A stretch of DNA of 63,679 nucleotides, filler included, from Reclinomonas americana ATCC 50394 (GCA_048213135.1; 19 parts of 19 records of this genome joined end to end with filler, not necessarily neighbours in it); one strand, 5' to 3'. Counted from the whole stretch's first letter, positions 1-12,950 are shown. Translations and numbers: made by a program. The notes: a model not told the origin generated them from the letters alone.

Positions 1-41
1 GTACGTACGTACGACGTACGTACGTACGGAACGTACGACGA

Positions 42-93
<52 letters not shown>

Positions 94-165
94 TGAGACT
101 TGCCGATCGTTTCCTTATCTCAAGTTAATTCTCACTTCTCTTCCTCGCTTGCGCAGTTCGCCATC

Positions 166-3100
166 ATGACCGAACTCGAGAGCATTCCCAACGCATCGCC
201 CGCTGTCCTCGAGCGCGAGCTCGTCCGCATCATCGCTCGACTCAATCATCAGGCCACCGGAACCGACACTTCTGCCATTGGTTCTGTGCACTCGGAGTCT
301 CCGGCACCAGGCGCGTCACTGGCTCAGACATGGTCTCCGTCACCGCCGCCCGACGAGAGAGACGTGGTGAGTGTTTGACAAGATGCCCATGCTTCTTTTC
401 TCTCGTTCTAGTTCTCCTCTCTGATTTTCTCTCCCTCTCTCTGTCCTCTTACCTTCTCCCTTCCCTTCTCATGTTGTGCAATCCTCTTTTTTCTTCCATC
501 TCTCCCTTTCTCCCCCTTCCCATGTCATCCCTCCCCCTCATTCCCTTCTCCTCACTCCCCTCTCTCTCCCTCGCAGCCCACCGCTGTGACCCCACTCCCA
601 CCGCTCACCGAATTCGAGCAATTCCTGCAATCTCTGGGACCCGATGTGGCCGAGGCCGATCGCAAGCAATACCTGGACGAGTACGCACATCTGATGGAGC
701 AGATCGACACCATCAACGCCAAGTCGGGCGCCGTGCCGGCCGCACCCACCGCCGGCGGCCCTGGCGACTCACCGCAGGACAACCGCGAGCGATTTGCTCG
801 TCTCCTCGACATGAAACTGCGCTCGAGCAGCGTGCCGCCCGTGTCGCAGGCAGACGTCGCCAAGCCGGGCAGTTGCGTGTCGCCACACAGTGTTCTGTCT
901 TTTCAGTGTAAAAACTGATGATCTTGTGTCATGCAGCGGAGGCGCGGGCCGCCGAAGACGAAGCTGACGATGGCGAGGAGGGTCCCGAGGGTGGGGCGGC
1001 GGTGGCGTCCGGTACGCTGTCGAGCCCACGGCGCCGACTGAGCGATGCTGCCACTCGCCCGTTCCGCAACGCGTTGCACACACCGGAGGTGGAACCAATC
1101 GCTGCTGCTGCCGCTTCCGCTGCCGCTGCTGGTGGTGCCACTGGTGCGACTGTCACGAGGCACGACAACACGGCCGCCGACGACGATGTCCAAGAGAATG
1201 ACGATGAGCACGGTCGCGCAGTAGCCCCGCTGACAGCGGCGTCGCCATTCACTGGCGTGTCGTTGGATCCGGCCATGGACGCGGAAGTGGAGGCTGTGGC
1301 CGGCCGAAGGCTCTCGAAGCCAGCGCCGCCTCTCGAGTCAACCAAAATCAAGGCGCCGCGCACACATGAGGCCAGGCAACAACAAGCAGCGCAACAAGTA
1401 CCGCCGCCACCTCAGCAGCAGGTGGAGCAGGAGGAAGAAGAAGTTGCGCCGCCGCCTCTGTCGGTGCAGCCATCATTGCCGCCGCCGACAAGGGACAATT
1501 TACAACGTCAGCGTCACCAGCAGCAGCTGACAGAGTCGCAAGAGCAGCCCATGTATGCGTCGGTGGCAGACCAGTTGCGTTTGTTGTGTGATAGCCTCTG
1601 TTCTCGTTGTATGGTTCTTCTCCTCTTCTGTCTTTCATGCGCTCATTCTCCGCCTCCCCGTCGTGCAGCATGTCGGCCATTGAGAACACCGTCCTCATGA
1701 TGTACCCGACCATCGAGGACTTTGAGAAGGAACTCGAGGGCCTGCCGGAGCAGGAGCGGGAGGAATACTTGGCCCATTATCGCATCCTCGCCTCAGCGCC
1801 GGGTAGTCGCGGTGGCATGGGCATGTCGCCGCACTTTGGCATTCCACCAACCGCACCAGTCGCTTCTCTCCCATGGGATCCCGCGGCATACCCGCAATTG
1901 GCCGACCCGCAGCAATTGCACCAGGTGCACCTGGTCCAGCAGTGGATGGCCATGATCCAGCAGCAAATGGGCATGCAGCCGCATTCGCCACTGATGACGG
2001 GCATGGGCTTGGGCATGGGAATGCCGCCGCCGCCACTCGATCCAGCGTTGATGCAAGCATGGATGCATCACATGCAGACAGGCGGTCATGGAAGTGGGGC
2101 GGACGCGCAGTATCAAGCGGGGCGGTATGCATCGCAGCCTGCGTTCGGCTCGGCGGATCCACAAGGGTGAGTGTGAATGTGCGAGACCAGTTTTCTTCCA
2201 ATCGTTCTCCCCTCTATTTTCAGTCTGATTTCTCCGTGCTCTCCTGTATTATTCTGTCTCCTCTCCTCACTTCTTCTCCTCGTCGGCTCTCTCTCTCTCT
2301 CTATCCCCATATCCCTTCTGTCCTGTCCTCTCCTATCTCCTCGCCTCACTTCTTTGCTGCTTGTTCCCACTTGTCTGCCACTCCTGTTTTCTTCTCCCCT
2401 CTTCTCTCTCACGTCTCCTGTCTTTGCCTCTCCTTCCTCACCCTTTCCCCTCAGGCAACCGCGCCACCGCCACAACCACCACCACCATCACCACCACCAA
2501 CGCCACGGCGAAGACGACCGTCAGAATCGCAAACACCGCTCCTCACACCGAGCCGAGGGCGAGGGCATTGGCGACGACGAGTCGCAGAAGGGTTCCTCGC
2601 ACCGCCGGCATCACCATAATCGCCACGGCCGGCAGCGCCGTCACAGCCAGCCGGACACCGAGGCGTTGCCGCTGATGACCTCGCCGCCACCCAAGGAGCC
2701 GCCACCACCGCCACCTGTCATCGACGGCAAGTTGCTGTCGGTGGAGCACTTGCAGGAGAAGTTGCTGTCAATGGCGCCGCCGCAGCAATGGGCGTACCTG
2801 CAAGAGTACGAAAAATTCCTGCAGGCGCGTCGAGTCGCTCGTGTGTCGTCGCCGACCGACGACGATCAGTTGCACGAGGTGCGAGAGCATTTGGCACGCC
2901 TGCGTACCATGACACCGGGCACCGCCGGCGAGCTGGATACCGTCGGCGCCGACGAGGAGCACGATGATGAGGCGAAGCGATCGCGGCTACGCTGGGAGCA
3001 GCACCGGTTCCGTCAGTGGCAACTGGAGCAGAAGCATCGAGAGCACGACGAGGCGGTGCGTCAGGAGCAGGAGAAGCTGCAGCGTGAGCGTTCCGAGCTG

Positions 3101-5382
3101 CAGCTGGTGTTTGACGCACACGTGCGGCAAGTGCAACAGTTTTACGAGCAGCAGCGCGAGTCGGAGAACCAGCGGCGACTGCAGGAGGAGATGGACGAGC
3201 ATTTGGCCGAGGAGCGGCGGCAACTGCAACGCGAGCTGCAGCGCCAGATTGAGCTGCAGGAGGAGCTGCAAGAAAAGGAGCGATCGGCGGCCGTGCAACA
3301 GCGCGCGCTGCACGAGAAGCAACTGGATCAGCTGCGTGCGCAAAAGGAGCAGATTCTGTCGTTGCAAGAGTCGCAGCGGGAGCAGCTGGATCAACTGCGA
3401 CGCGACCACGAACGGCTGCTGTGCCTCAAGCCAGTGCCGCAGCAGCAGGAGGCAGTGGCACCGCAAGCGCCGCCTTCATTACCACAGCAGCCACAGTCAT
3501 CTACGCAACCACCAGCTGTGGCAGCAGCAGCAGCTGCAACGACAGCGGACGCAGACGCGCAGGCGGCAGTGGCAGCGGTGGCGGTGGTCGCTGACGAGGC
3601 GGCTGCGGTGCCTGCGGTGACAACCGTGGAGGTCGGCGGCACACCACTCGTGCATTCGGCCGCTGCTACCGCCGCCGTTGCCTTTGGCGGTGCCAGCGGT
3701 GCAGGCATCGGTGACGAGGAGGAGATGATGGTGAGCAGTGCGCCCGTGGTGGTGGCAGCGCCGCCGCAGATGCTGCTCTCGGCCGCCAACCTCGATTTGG
3801 CGGAGCTGGAGGCGCAGCTGGAGAAGCGCCTAATGGAGCAAATCGCCGTGGTGCAGAAGCAGCAGGAGGAGGAGCGGCGGCAGTTGGAGGCTCAGCTGGC
3901 GGCGGAACGTGAGCAGCAGCGATTGGTGGCCACTCAGCTGGCGGAGTTGGAGCAGCGATTGGAGGAGCACCGGCAAAAGCAGATGGAGATGGCGGAACGA
4001 GAGGAGCGACTGCGTCGTGAGGCCGATGAGGAGGCCAAGAAGCAGGAGGCCGCTCGGCTGTCACTGGAAATGCAGTTGCTCGAGTCGCGTGGTCAGAACG
4101 AAGAGGAGACAGAGGCTTCGCGTGCGGAGAGGCAGCGACTGGAGGGCGAGCTGGAGCGTGTGCGGGAGCAGCAACGGGTGGAGGCCGAGCAGCGACTGCA
4201 GGAGCAGATGCGCGAGGAATTGGAGCGCGTGCAGCGAGAGACCGCCGAGCGTCTGAAACAGGAGCTCGACGCGCTGGAAAGCAAGCGCCTGCAGGAGCAG
4301 GAAGAGATGGAAAAGGTGAGTCGTTTGTGTGCTGTGTTGGTTCATTTGCTCCCGGTGTTGCTAATCTCCTGGGGGGTGCAGCGACTTCTCGAGCACCGCA
4401 CAAAGCTGGAGGAGGAGATGCAAAAGAGGCAGGAGGCGCTTGCCGCGGAAGAGCTGGCGCGGCAGGAGGCCGAGGCCGCGAAACAGCGTGCTGAGGAGGC
4501 CGAAGAGCGAGAACGGGCGCGTGTGGCCGAGGAACTGCAGTCGCTCCGATCGGCGCTCGTCGACTTGCGGACCGAGCATGAACGCGCGCTGGCCAAGCAC
4601 GAAGAGGAGGAGCAGACGCTGCGTGCGGAGGTGGAGCAGAGCGTGCGGCGGATGCTGGACGAGAGGCCGCCCGTCAAGCCCACCGTCAAGCCCGCCGTTG
4701 TCAAGGACGGCGAGCACGACAATGACGATGATGACGATGATGGTTCACTGGCCTCCGCAGGCGATCTGCAGAGCGATGCCACCTCCACCATTGCGTTCCG
4801 CAACGACGAACAGCGCACGGCGTTGCGCGAGCTGCAGGAGGAAGTGCGCCAACTGCGCGTCCTCACCATGGAGCAGCAGCAGTTGTTGTCGCAGGTGGGT
4901 GGTGGGGAATAGGAAAGGAGAAGGAGAGGGTGGGATATACGAAATATGGAGGGAAGAAACACTGAAGAAGTGTGATGAGACTTGCACGTGTTTTTTTGTG
5001 TGTGTGTGTGTGTTTCAGGTGTCTGTTATCTGTTCAGCTGCCTTGCTTCTCCTCGTTCGCACTCACATCCATTCTTGCTCTCTTTCTCTCTTTGTGTGTG
5101 TCTCTCATGCTTCCTCTTCCTCGTTTTGTTGTCTGCATGTGCGTTGCTTCTCGAGTGATTTCCACTCTATTCGCCTGGTATCTCTCTCACGCTCCCCGTG
5201 GTTGTGAGTTTGCTTGTGAAGTAACTCTCTCGTACCCTTCACAGGCTTCCTCATGGGCCGCCCCACCGTCCACCGTCACTGCCGCCACTGCGACAGGCAC
5301 TGCGCCGACTGCCGTGGTCGCCACAGCAGCTGCCGAACCTGAACCGAAGAAGGACAAGAAGGCGAAGAAGGGCACCGCCGCT

Positions 5383-5414
<32 letters not shown>

Positions 5415-8235
5415 AGACAGCAGCAGCGAGGACGAGAGCAGTCGGGAACCGTCACCAGCACCACGGCCACAGAAGAGTGCCGTCAAGGCCGAGCCAGTTG
5501 CGAGCAACAAGACGCCGCCGCGTTCTCGGCAGCCCTCCAAGAGCGCCAAGGGTCGCACCGCCACGGAGGAGCAGCCCAGCAAGACCGCGGCGGTGAGCCG
5601 AGTGAAGAAGACTGGCGCAGCTGCCTCGGCGACTACCGCAACGGCGACAACCGGTGGTGGTGGAAAGAAGGCTCCGTCAACGACCAGGCCCGGCGCCGGG
5701 CCGCCTCGGGTCGAAAGCGATGACGGCAGCGGCGGCAGCAGCAGCAGCGACGAAGATGACGACACGGAGGCCGAGGACGAGAAAGACAAGCGATTCGAGG
5801 CCATGCTGGCCGAGACCAAGGCCAAGGTGGCGGCCATGAAGCAGGGTACCAAGCCACCACCGGCGGCTGCTGCTGCTGCGGCAGCACCCTCCATTCGGCG
5901 CACCGGAGACTCGACGAGCAAGGCGGCGTCGCGCAAGACCTCACGGCAGGCGTCAAAGACGCGCAAGGCCTCCACCAGTCGCAAGCGCAAGTCCACCTCG
6001 CGTCCACCACCGCCGCCGCCCATCGACACGCGTCTGCCACCGGATCTGCTGGCTCTCGGATTGAGACCGATTGGTTACTTGCCGACGCAGCCGCCAATCA
6101 CATACGGCCAGCAGGCACTGTCGCCGCCAAAGTACCCGCCAGCGCCACCCATGTCGCCACCGACGTCACGAGCTCCGCGCCCTGTGCTGCCCGCCATTGC
6201 GTCGCCGTCGCCCACGCACAACAACGCGTCGGTGGATGCGGCTGGTGGGGGAGGAGCCGCATTCAATAGCCCGTCGATGCGTACTCGCGCACTCGGGCAC
6301 TCCATGTCGCAAGTGTATCCGCCATCCGCCGTCGTCGACGACCTGTGGCGTGAGGAGCAGCAGCACCAGCAGCCACCGATGCCACCGCAAGTGCCGCCGT
6401 TGCAGCTGTACATGGCTGCGCACCCGTCACAATCCTCGCCGGCCTCCGCTCGCGATGTGCCGCTCTCGCAGTTGCTGTATTCGAGCCCAGGTCGGCGTCA
6501 GCAGGCGGTGGCCACGGCCAGTGCGCGGGTGGCTTCCAATCCGAAGCCGCTGGATTATTGGACCGAGCAAGTTGGTGAGTTGGCGGGGGGATATAGGAGA
6601 GGAGGCAGGAGAGGAGAGGGAGATAGGGAGGGTGGGTGGGAGGGAGAAAGGACGAGAAGCAATGGGGGGAGCGAAATGGAGAGAAAATGGAGAAAGTGAG
6701 AGAAAGTCAGGTAGCAAGAGAACGAGAGAGGGAGAGAAAGTCGGAGAGGGAGAGGGAAGAAAGGGAAGAATTCTTTGCATGATTGAAGATGCTGACGAGT
6801 TGATCCATGTTTGCAGAACGCACGCGTCGCTCTGGTGCTCCTCCTGCATCCAACGCCTCGTCGGCGCAGTTGGGCAAGCCGGCGGTGCCGGGGCACGTTC
6901 TCCCGCCCGCGCGCAAGGGCGACAAGAACATGCCGCGTGAGTTGGTCAAGGCACTAAAGTTGGCCACGGAGGCGCTGGCCAAGCAGTCGTTTGCACTGTC
7001 CATGCCGCCGCCGGCTCCTTGGCCTCCTGTGAAGCACCAGTCGCAACAACAGCAGCAACAGCAGCAGCAGCAGCAGGCGTACCAATCGCAGCTGCAGCAA
7101 TATCAGCAGCAGTTGTTCATGCAGTCGCAGCAGTTGTCACCACGGGAGCGTGGCAAACTCGCCGCTGCGGGTGCTGCGGTTCGCGCCTCGGGCTCGTTTG
7201 GACCGAGTGGGGGACCGGTGCCGATTGATCGGGAGGTGAGGCGAAAGAGGAGAAGGGGAAAGGGGGGTGAGAAAGGAAGGGAAGGGAGGCGAAGGGAGGC
7301 GAAGGGAAGGAGAGTGGACGGGATAGGCGCCTCGTTCTGTCTCCATGTCATGCTCGTTTTTTTGTGCGTCTTTCGTTCTCAGTTTGTGGTGCAGATGCAA
7401 GTAAGCAGCGACATATGTGTGAGAGAGAGAGAGAGAGATAGACCAAGTCTGTGTGTATTATGTATATTCCTCACTTTGTGCAAGTCAAGATGCGCAGTCG
7501 CTTCGTTGCGCTGTTGTCGGTCTTCTTCGTGTCATACGTGTCTCAGCAGTTTGTAAAAAGTACGGCTGGAGAGATATGGAGAGAGAGGCAACTGCATGCT
7601 GCCTTCAAGCAATGTTCTGCTTCCTCATGTATTTCTTGCTTTCATTGTGCGTGTCGCAGAGCCTCGGGTACCGCGATCTGTACTCCAGTCAATTGCGCCA
7701 CCGTGCGTACGCTCCTCGCGGATTCGGCACTCCTGCGGATCAGAACGAGGCTGCTCGACTGGCCATGGAGCAGCAGTTGCGTGCATAATCCTTCGTTCTC
7801 CGACTTTGCATGACCTCTTAACCTTGTTTCCTGTTCACGTAGAATGGCCGATGTACCGCCGCAGCAGTCGCCGCGTTCGATGGTGCCGCCAGAGGTGATG
7901 TGGCAGCAACAGCAGCAATGGCAGCAGCAGCAGTGGCAGCAGCAGCAGCAATCGCCACCGTCACAGCGCCTCCCAGTGTTGTCGCCGCAGTCGTCGGATG
8001 ACCAACGACGAAGAAACGAGGGCGATATGAACGCCACCGAGTCGTCTGCGTCGTCGGTAATGCTTCCGTCGCATCGCGGGGCGCATCGTCCCGACAGTGC
8101 TGCCGTCACCGACAGTGTGATCAACGGCAAGACGTTTGGGCAGTCTGCTCGATGTTGCGTGGAGAGAAGGGAGAGAGAGGAGTGGACAATGCAATCATCC
8201 AAACACATCTTACGTCTCTCTTTCTCTCCCTCCTC

Positions 8236-8273
<38 letters not shown>

Positions 8274-8759
8274 GCACGCTTCTGAGTCACTCAATCTGCC
8301 ATTGTCACTCTTACTCTTTCTCATTGCTTTCTCCACTTCCTCAACATGCTTTGTTTGTTTCCGACAGCCACTCCTGCGGCCAATGCCGGCCCACTTCCTC
8401 CACCGCTGAAGCGTCGCGTCTCCGCTGTGCCGTCGATGCCGTCGTCAGTGTACTCGGCCTCATTTGCGACGGAGAGTGCCGGCAGCACGCCGGTGGCTCC
8501 GGCGCTCCCGTCGCCAAAGGCTAATCATCGCTCTCCTATTGTCGCTGGTGCACGAGCCGTTGCGAACAGGAGCAGCACGAGGAGTGACGACGATGACGAC
8601 GATGAAGAGGAGGATGATGACGACGACGACGCGTCGGATCAGTACAGCTCCGACACGGACGGCTCGAATCCGCCGGCAAGTGCGGCCGTGAAGAAGCTGT
8701 TGCGGAAGCCAGGCGTCGGCTTGCCGCCTCCTCCGCGACTCATTGGGGAGTTGCGGTAG
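166..8759 (+). CDS. Large multi-exon low-complexity/coiled-coil protein of unknown function
   Basis: Phase-consistent exon chain (approx. 166-367, 577-871, 937-1573, 1669-2167, 2455-4315, 4382-4894, 5245-6574, 6817-7235, 18-nt microexon 7383-7400, further exons, 7843-8153, 8369-8759 TAG). Long E/Q/R coiled coil, His-rich and P/Q-rich tracts. Could be more than one gene. Confidence 0.6.
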
Positions 8760-8978
8760 TTGTTTTATGTTCTTGTATTTTATTTGAGTGAGTTGAGAAT
8801 GGGACAGAAAAACATGTTTATCCTTTGCACGCGATTTTGCTAAGAGAGCGGGAAAAAGTGAAGTTTTATGGTTTAATGAGTGTTACTGCCTGTTGAATTC
8901 AGTGTGCATGCATTGCTGCTTTTACGATGTGGTCCCCAAACAAGAATTTCTCCGCCCTCCGCTGGTGCGACGGATTCG

Positions 8979-9928
8979 TCAACGACGCGGTGTGGCGGCC
9001 ATGGGGTGCGGAGGCGCACGACGAGAGTGCACTCGTTGCTGAATGGCACGAGCGGCTGCGCCTGTCGGTGCAGGTGGAGCGCCAATGCCAAAGAAGCGTC
9101 GCAGCAGTGCCTCGCGATTCCGATACGCCACGTAGCCGGAGACACCGAGGAGAATGAGGATGAGGGCAACGGCGGAAGGGGAGATGCCAAAGGAGCGGTA
9201 CGGTCCGGTGGCCACCATCGAGGTCTTGCAGCGTTCTCGCGTGAGCGCCTGGTTGCGGTCCTCCGACGGGATCCTCCGCTGGATGTCGGCCACGAATTGT
9301 GCAAAGTAGTTTTGCACGGCGCGGAGGTTGGTGGTGCCGAAGATCATCTGATGGAAGGGGAAGGTGAGGGGGGAGGTGAGGGGGGAGGGTGAGGGGGAGG
9401 GTGAGGGGGAAGGGTGAGGGGGAAGGGTGAGGGGAAGGGTGAGGGGAAGGTGAGGAGGGAGGAGAGGGAGGAGAGGGAGGAGAGGGAAGGTAGAGGGAAG
9501 GAGAGGGAGGTAGAGGGAGGTAGTAGGGNNNNNNNNNNNNNNNNNNNNNNNNNNNNNNNNNNNNNNNNNNNNTTAATTAATTAANNNNNNNNNNNNNNNN
9601 NNNNNNNNNNNNNNNNNNNNNNNNNNNNCTGGCACAAACACAAAACTCTCTCACTTACACACTTTTCGCACTCACTCTCTCAAACACTCACTTTTTCGCA
9701 GGCATTCTCACACTCCTTCTCTCTCTCACACACACTCACCGCATCACGCAGTTCCTCTGGGAGTTGCAGAATGACGGCGGCAAAGGAGCGCGAGACCTTG
9801 CCGAGCACCTCGTGACAGTAGCGCAGCGCGGGGGAGGCGTCGGCGACCACCGGAAGCGGGGTGAAGAAGCGCATGCGAATCATCGAGAGCAGCTCGCCCG
9901 GGTGCGACAAGAGGCGCACGATTTCCAT
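8979..9928 (-). CDS. FDFT1: Squalene synthase (first and last exons; middle lost in assembly gap)
   Basis: Exon 9928-9740 MEIVRLLSHPGEL...YCHEVLGKVSRSFAAVILQLPEELRDA carries the hallmark SRSFAAVI motif. Exon 9347-8979 TTNLRAVQNYFAQFVADIQRRIP plus a hydrophobic anchor matches the SQS C-terminus. Confidence 0.9.
9529..9628. other. Assembly gap placeholder N44-TTAATTAATTAA-N44 (first of 18)
   Basis: Identical six-frame-stop linker recurs near 11176, 13361, 15467, 20556, 22401, 28644, 32726, 35477, 40675, 42048, 43813, 45488, 48623, 55459, 58935, 60221 and 62240, mostly flanked by (GA)n/(CA)n runs. Confidence 0.97.
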
Positions 9929-10183
9929 GGTAGTGTGTGTGGGGGTGAGAGGGGGTGGAAGGGGGAGGAGAGGGAAGGAAAAGGGGGAGAGGGTGAGGAT
10001 TCGCTCTGCGAAAAAATAATGAATGTGTGTGAGAAGTCGTCGAAAATTCGCGCACCTTTTACAACAATCTTGATGACCATGTTCAACCGTATCCAAAACA
10101 TCAACACAGACACCAATCTTGAGGCAGCAGCAGGTTCCTATAGTGTGTGTGTGTTCGCTCTCGGAGCTCGAGCTCCGAACAAC

Positions 10184-10375
10184 TCGAGAACTGCGATCTT
10201 CATCGCATAAGCGTGGTTGACCAGTGGATTTGACGCACTTGCAGACATCGTACACGGCACATCGAATTCGGGAAAAGGCCATAAGCCAGGCAAACAAAGC
10301 AAAGCCGGGTCCGGATCCGTGAAGCAAGCAGAGCAAAAACAGTGGTGGTGTCGTACGTTGGTGGCGTGGTTGAAA
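10184..10375 (+). repeat. Dispersed ~190-bp element, copy 1
   Basis: TCGAGAACTGCG...CACGGCACATCGAATTC...GCCAGGCAAACAAAGCAAAGCCGGGTCCGGATCCGTGAAGCA is shared with 22728-22934 (+) and 53497-53682 (-). Confidence 0.85.
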
Positions 10376-10514
10376 TTTAAACAGAAGAGAGCTTGTCATG
10401 TTGTTGGTGAGGCTCATATCGGTGGTGGCTGGTGGTGGGCGCAGTTGTTGTTGTTGTTGTTGTTGCTGCTGCTGTTGTTGTTGTCGCAGTGGTGATTTCA
10501 AAACTGTGAGAGCC

Positions 10515-10771
10515 ACTGACCGGTGGCCGCACAGTGAGAAACAAGCGGACTGAGGGTTGAAGACGACGTTGATCACAGACACAATGTTGTCGTTGTCGTC
10601 GTCGTTATGTACAGTGAGGGGAAGAACGTGCAAGACATGCTGGTTGCATGAAAGCAAGGCCAGTGTCAGCACTGACCGGTGGCCGCACAGTGAGAAACAA
10701 GAGAGGACTGAGGAAAGCGACGTTGACCACAGACACAGTGCTGTTGCTTGTTGTTGCTGTCATTATGTACA
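10515..10771. repeat. Two-copy ~100-bp direct repeat
   Basis: CACTGACCGGTGGCCGCACAGTGAGAAACAAG...GACGTTGA(T/C)CACAGACACA...TTATGTACA at ~10515-10611 and ~10670-10771. Confidence 0.8.
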
Positions 10772-11072
10772 TCTACTGCAAAGTGGATGCTGGCTGTGTA
10801 AGAGAAAAGACGATCGATCGCCGTGTGCTGCAGCTTGTCACGCACACGCGCTTGTGCATGCAGCTCTGCACGTACACGTACACTGTACGTCGGCAGAGTC
10901 TCAGAGACGCAGTGTCTCAAACAGAGTGTTCGAGTTTTTTTGCAAGTGAAATTGCTCTTCTGCAACACCGTCACGCGCACTCTCCTCTCCTCTCTCGCAC
11001 TGCTACATGCTCGTGGTCATCTCTCCCTTTGATGGAGAAGGGAAAAAAAAAAGAAAAATAAAAAAAGTTACA

Positions 11073-11144
11073 AGGCATCGCCATGTATCGATCATGGTGC
11101 CTGTGGGTTATGAGCCCACCGCTCTACCTTTGAGCTACGATGCC
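11073..11144 (-). tRNA. tRNA-Met(CAT), initiator-like but atypical
   Basis: Cloverleaf GGCATCG/CGATGCC, GCTC/GAGC, GTGGG-CTCATAA-CCCAC, CCATG-ATCGATA-CATGG. Three anticodon-stem G-C pairs and an A54/A60 T-loop are initiator marks. A T6 Pol III terminator follows. Confidence 0.88.
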
Positions 11145-11275
11145 AACAACGGGGAAGAGAGGGAAATGATCGTGCNNNNNNNNNNNNNNNNNNNNNNNNN
11201 NNNNNNNNNNNNNNNNNNNTTAATTAATTAANNNNNNNNNNNNNNNNNNNNNNNNNNNNNNNNNNNNNNNNNNNN

Positions 11276-12762
11276 GAAAGGGACAGGCACTGCGTTTGGT
11301 CTTCAGTCTCTAATCCATGTCTGTGCAGACGCCCGACGATGGAGAGTACGACGACGATGATGATGATGAGGAGTATGAGAGCGAGGAGGAGGAGAGTGAG
11401 GAGGAGGAAGAAGAGGAGGAGGAGGTGGTCAAGCCTGTGGAGCAAGCGCCGCCGCCACCGCCGGCTGTCGAGCCTGCTGTTGTCAAGCAGCAGCAGCAGC
11501 AGGTTGCGGACAGTCGACGCGCGTCCAAGGTTACGCAGCCGGAGACCATGGCGGACAGTGTGGTGGTGGAGCCGCGGCAGAGCTCGCGGGCGGTGAAGCG
11601 CCAGCAGAAGAAGCATTTGCTGAGCGAGGATGACGACGAGCATGCCGGCGAGCAGGAGGAAGAAATGGAGGAGGAAGTTATGCAGACTGTGGAGGTGGAG
11701 GAGGCCAAGCAGCCACCCAAGCAGCTGGCGCCCGCGGAGGGTGATACCAGGCCGGCGGCGGAGCAGGGTGCCCCGAGCGAGCAGCCGCCAGCAGCGGAGA
11801 CTCCCGTGTCCGCTGCTGCTCCTGCGAGTCGACGCCATCGCAAGCGCTCCAAGACAGCAACAACGACACCGACAACCGCCGCCGACGGTCAGCCGGTGGA
11901 GCACAAGGACGACGACGCATCCTCGTCGGCCTCGTCTCGCCGTCGGCGGAGGAAAGCAAAGCACGTGGACGGCCAGGCGCCGCGTCAGCGCAGGAAACCG
12001 TCGCCTCTCGGCGATCACGATGCGTCGAGTGCGGCCTCGGCCGACGGTGACTGGGAGCCGCGTTGGGACGAGAGCGCCGGCGGTGTTGTGCGCTCGGTAT
12101 CCACTCCCAAGTTTGGCGATGGCGGCGGCAGCGCCGGTGGCAGCAACCGCCAGCGCGGTTTCTCGTTTAATACCAAGCCGCTGCCGTCGCCGGCGGACTG
12201 GGAGGAGGAGTGGCAGCCGGTGGTGACGCCTGCGGGCGCCAAGCAGCCGGACGAGGTCGAGGGGGAGAAGAGCAAGGAAGGAGAGGGGGAGCAGGAGGAG
12301 AAGGCGGCGGCGTCGGAGGTGACAACAGTAACGTCACCGCTATCGGCGCGCTCGCACCCTGTGCTGCCGGTGGTGGAGTGGGAGGAGGGCTGGGAGGCTG
12401 GCGATGTGGCGGCGGCGGCGGATGGAGAAATGGAGAAGAAAGAAGAGCAGCCGGTGGCGATACAAGTGGAGCCGGCACCATCAGGCCCCGTGGGAGATGA
12501 GAGCCATGTCAGTGTTGCTGCGCATGTGCCGCGAGTGCCGTCGGTGGTCGACGTGGAGATTCCGGTTCCTGCGGTCGAGGTGTCCGACGACGTGGATGAC
12601 GAGGAGGAGGAAGAGGTGGACGATGGAGTTGGCGAGGTGAAAAAGTACGACGAGGACGAGGCGGGGGAGGTGGAGGTGGTGAAGGATAAGGAGGAGACAA
12701 TAGTGGATAGCAAGGAGGTGAAGGCGGAGGTCGAGAAGGAAGAGGAGGAAGATTTGAGATGA
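11276..12762 (+). CDS. Acidic low-complexity protein, probable 3' part
   Basis: Long open frame with E/D-rich, GC3-biased codons ending in TGA at 12762. The 5' end abuts a gap. Confidence 0.6.
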
Positions 12763-12950
12763 CAATCTATAGTTAGTTAGGGATTTTATGAAAGGAGATT
12801 TTTATGGTTGAATCCAAGGGATGCGGCAGAGAGTTGCGAACGCAGATGTGAAGAAGTGCAAGGATAGGAGGTCCAGGTTGGCGACAGTACAAAATGGGGA
12901 GTGGTTCCTTCTCCTACAGCAGCGCGAGAGACACTCTTGCTGTTGTAGTA

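Noticed and set aside
1..46. GTAC/TACG repeats as a telomere or satellite
   Set aside because: Irregular TACG cycling at a contig end next to (GA)n resembles pyrosequencing flow-order noise.
9573..9584. TTAATTAATTAA as a transposon target site or biological motif
   Set aside because: Always centred in identical N runs; it is an artificial six-frame stop linker.
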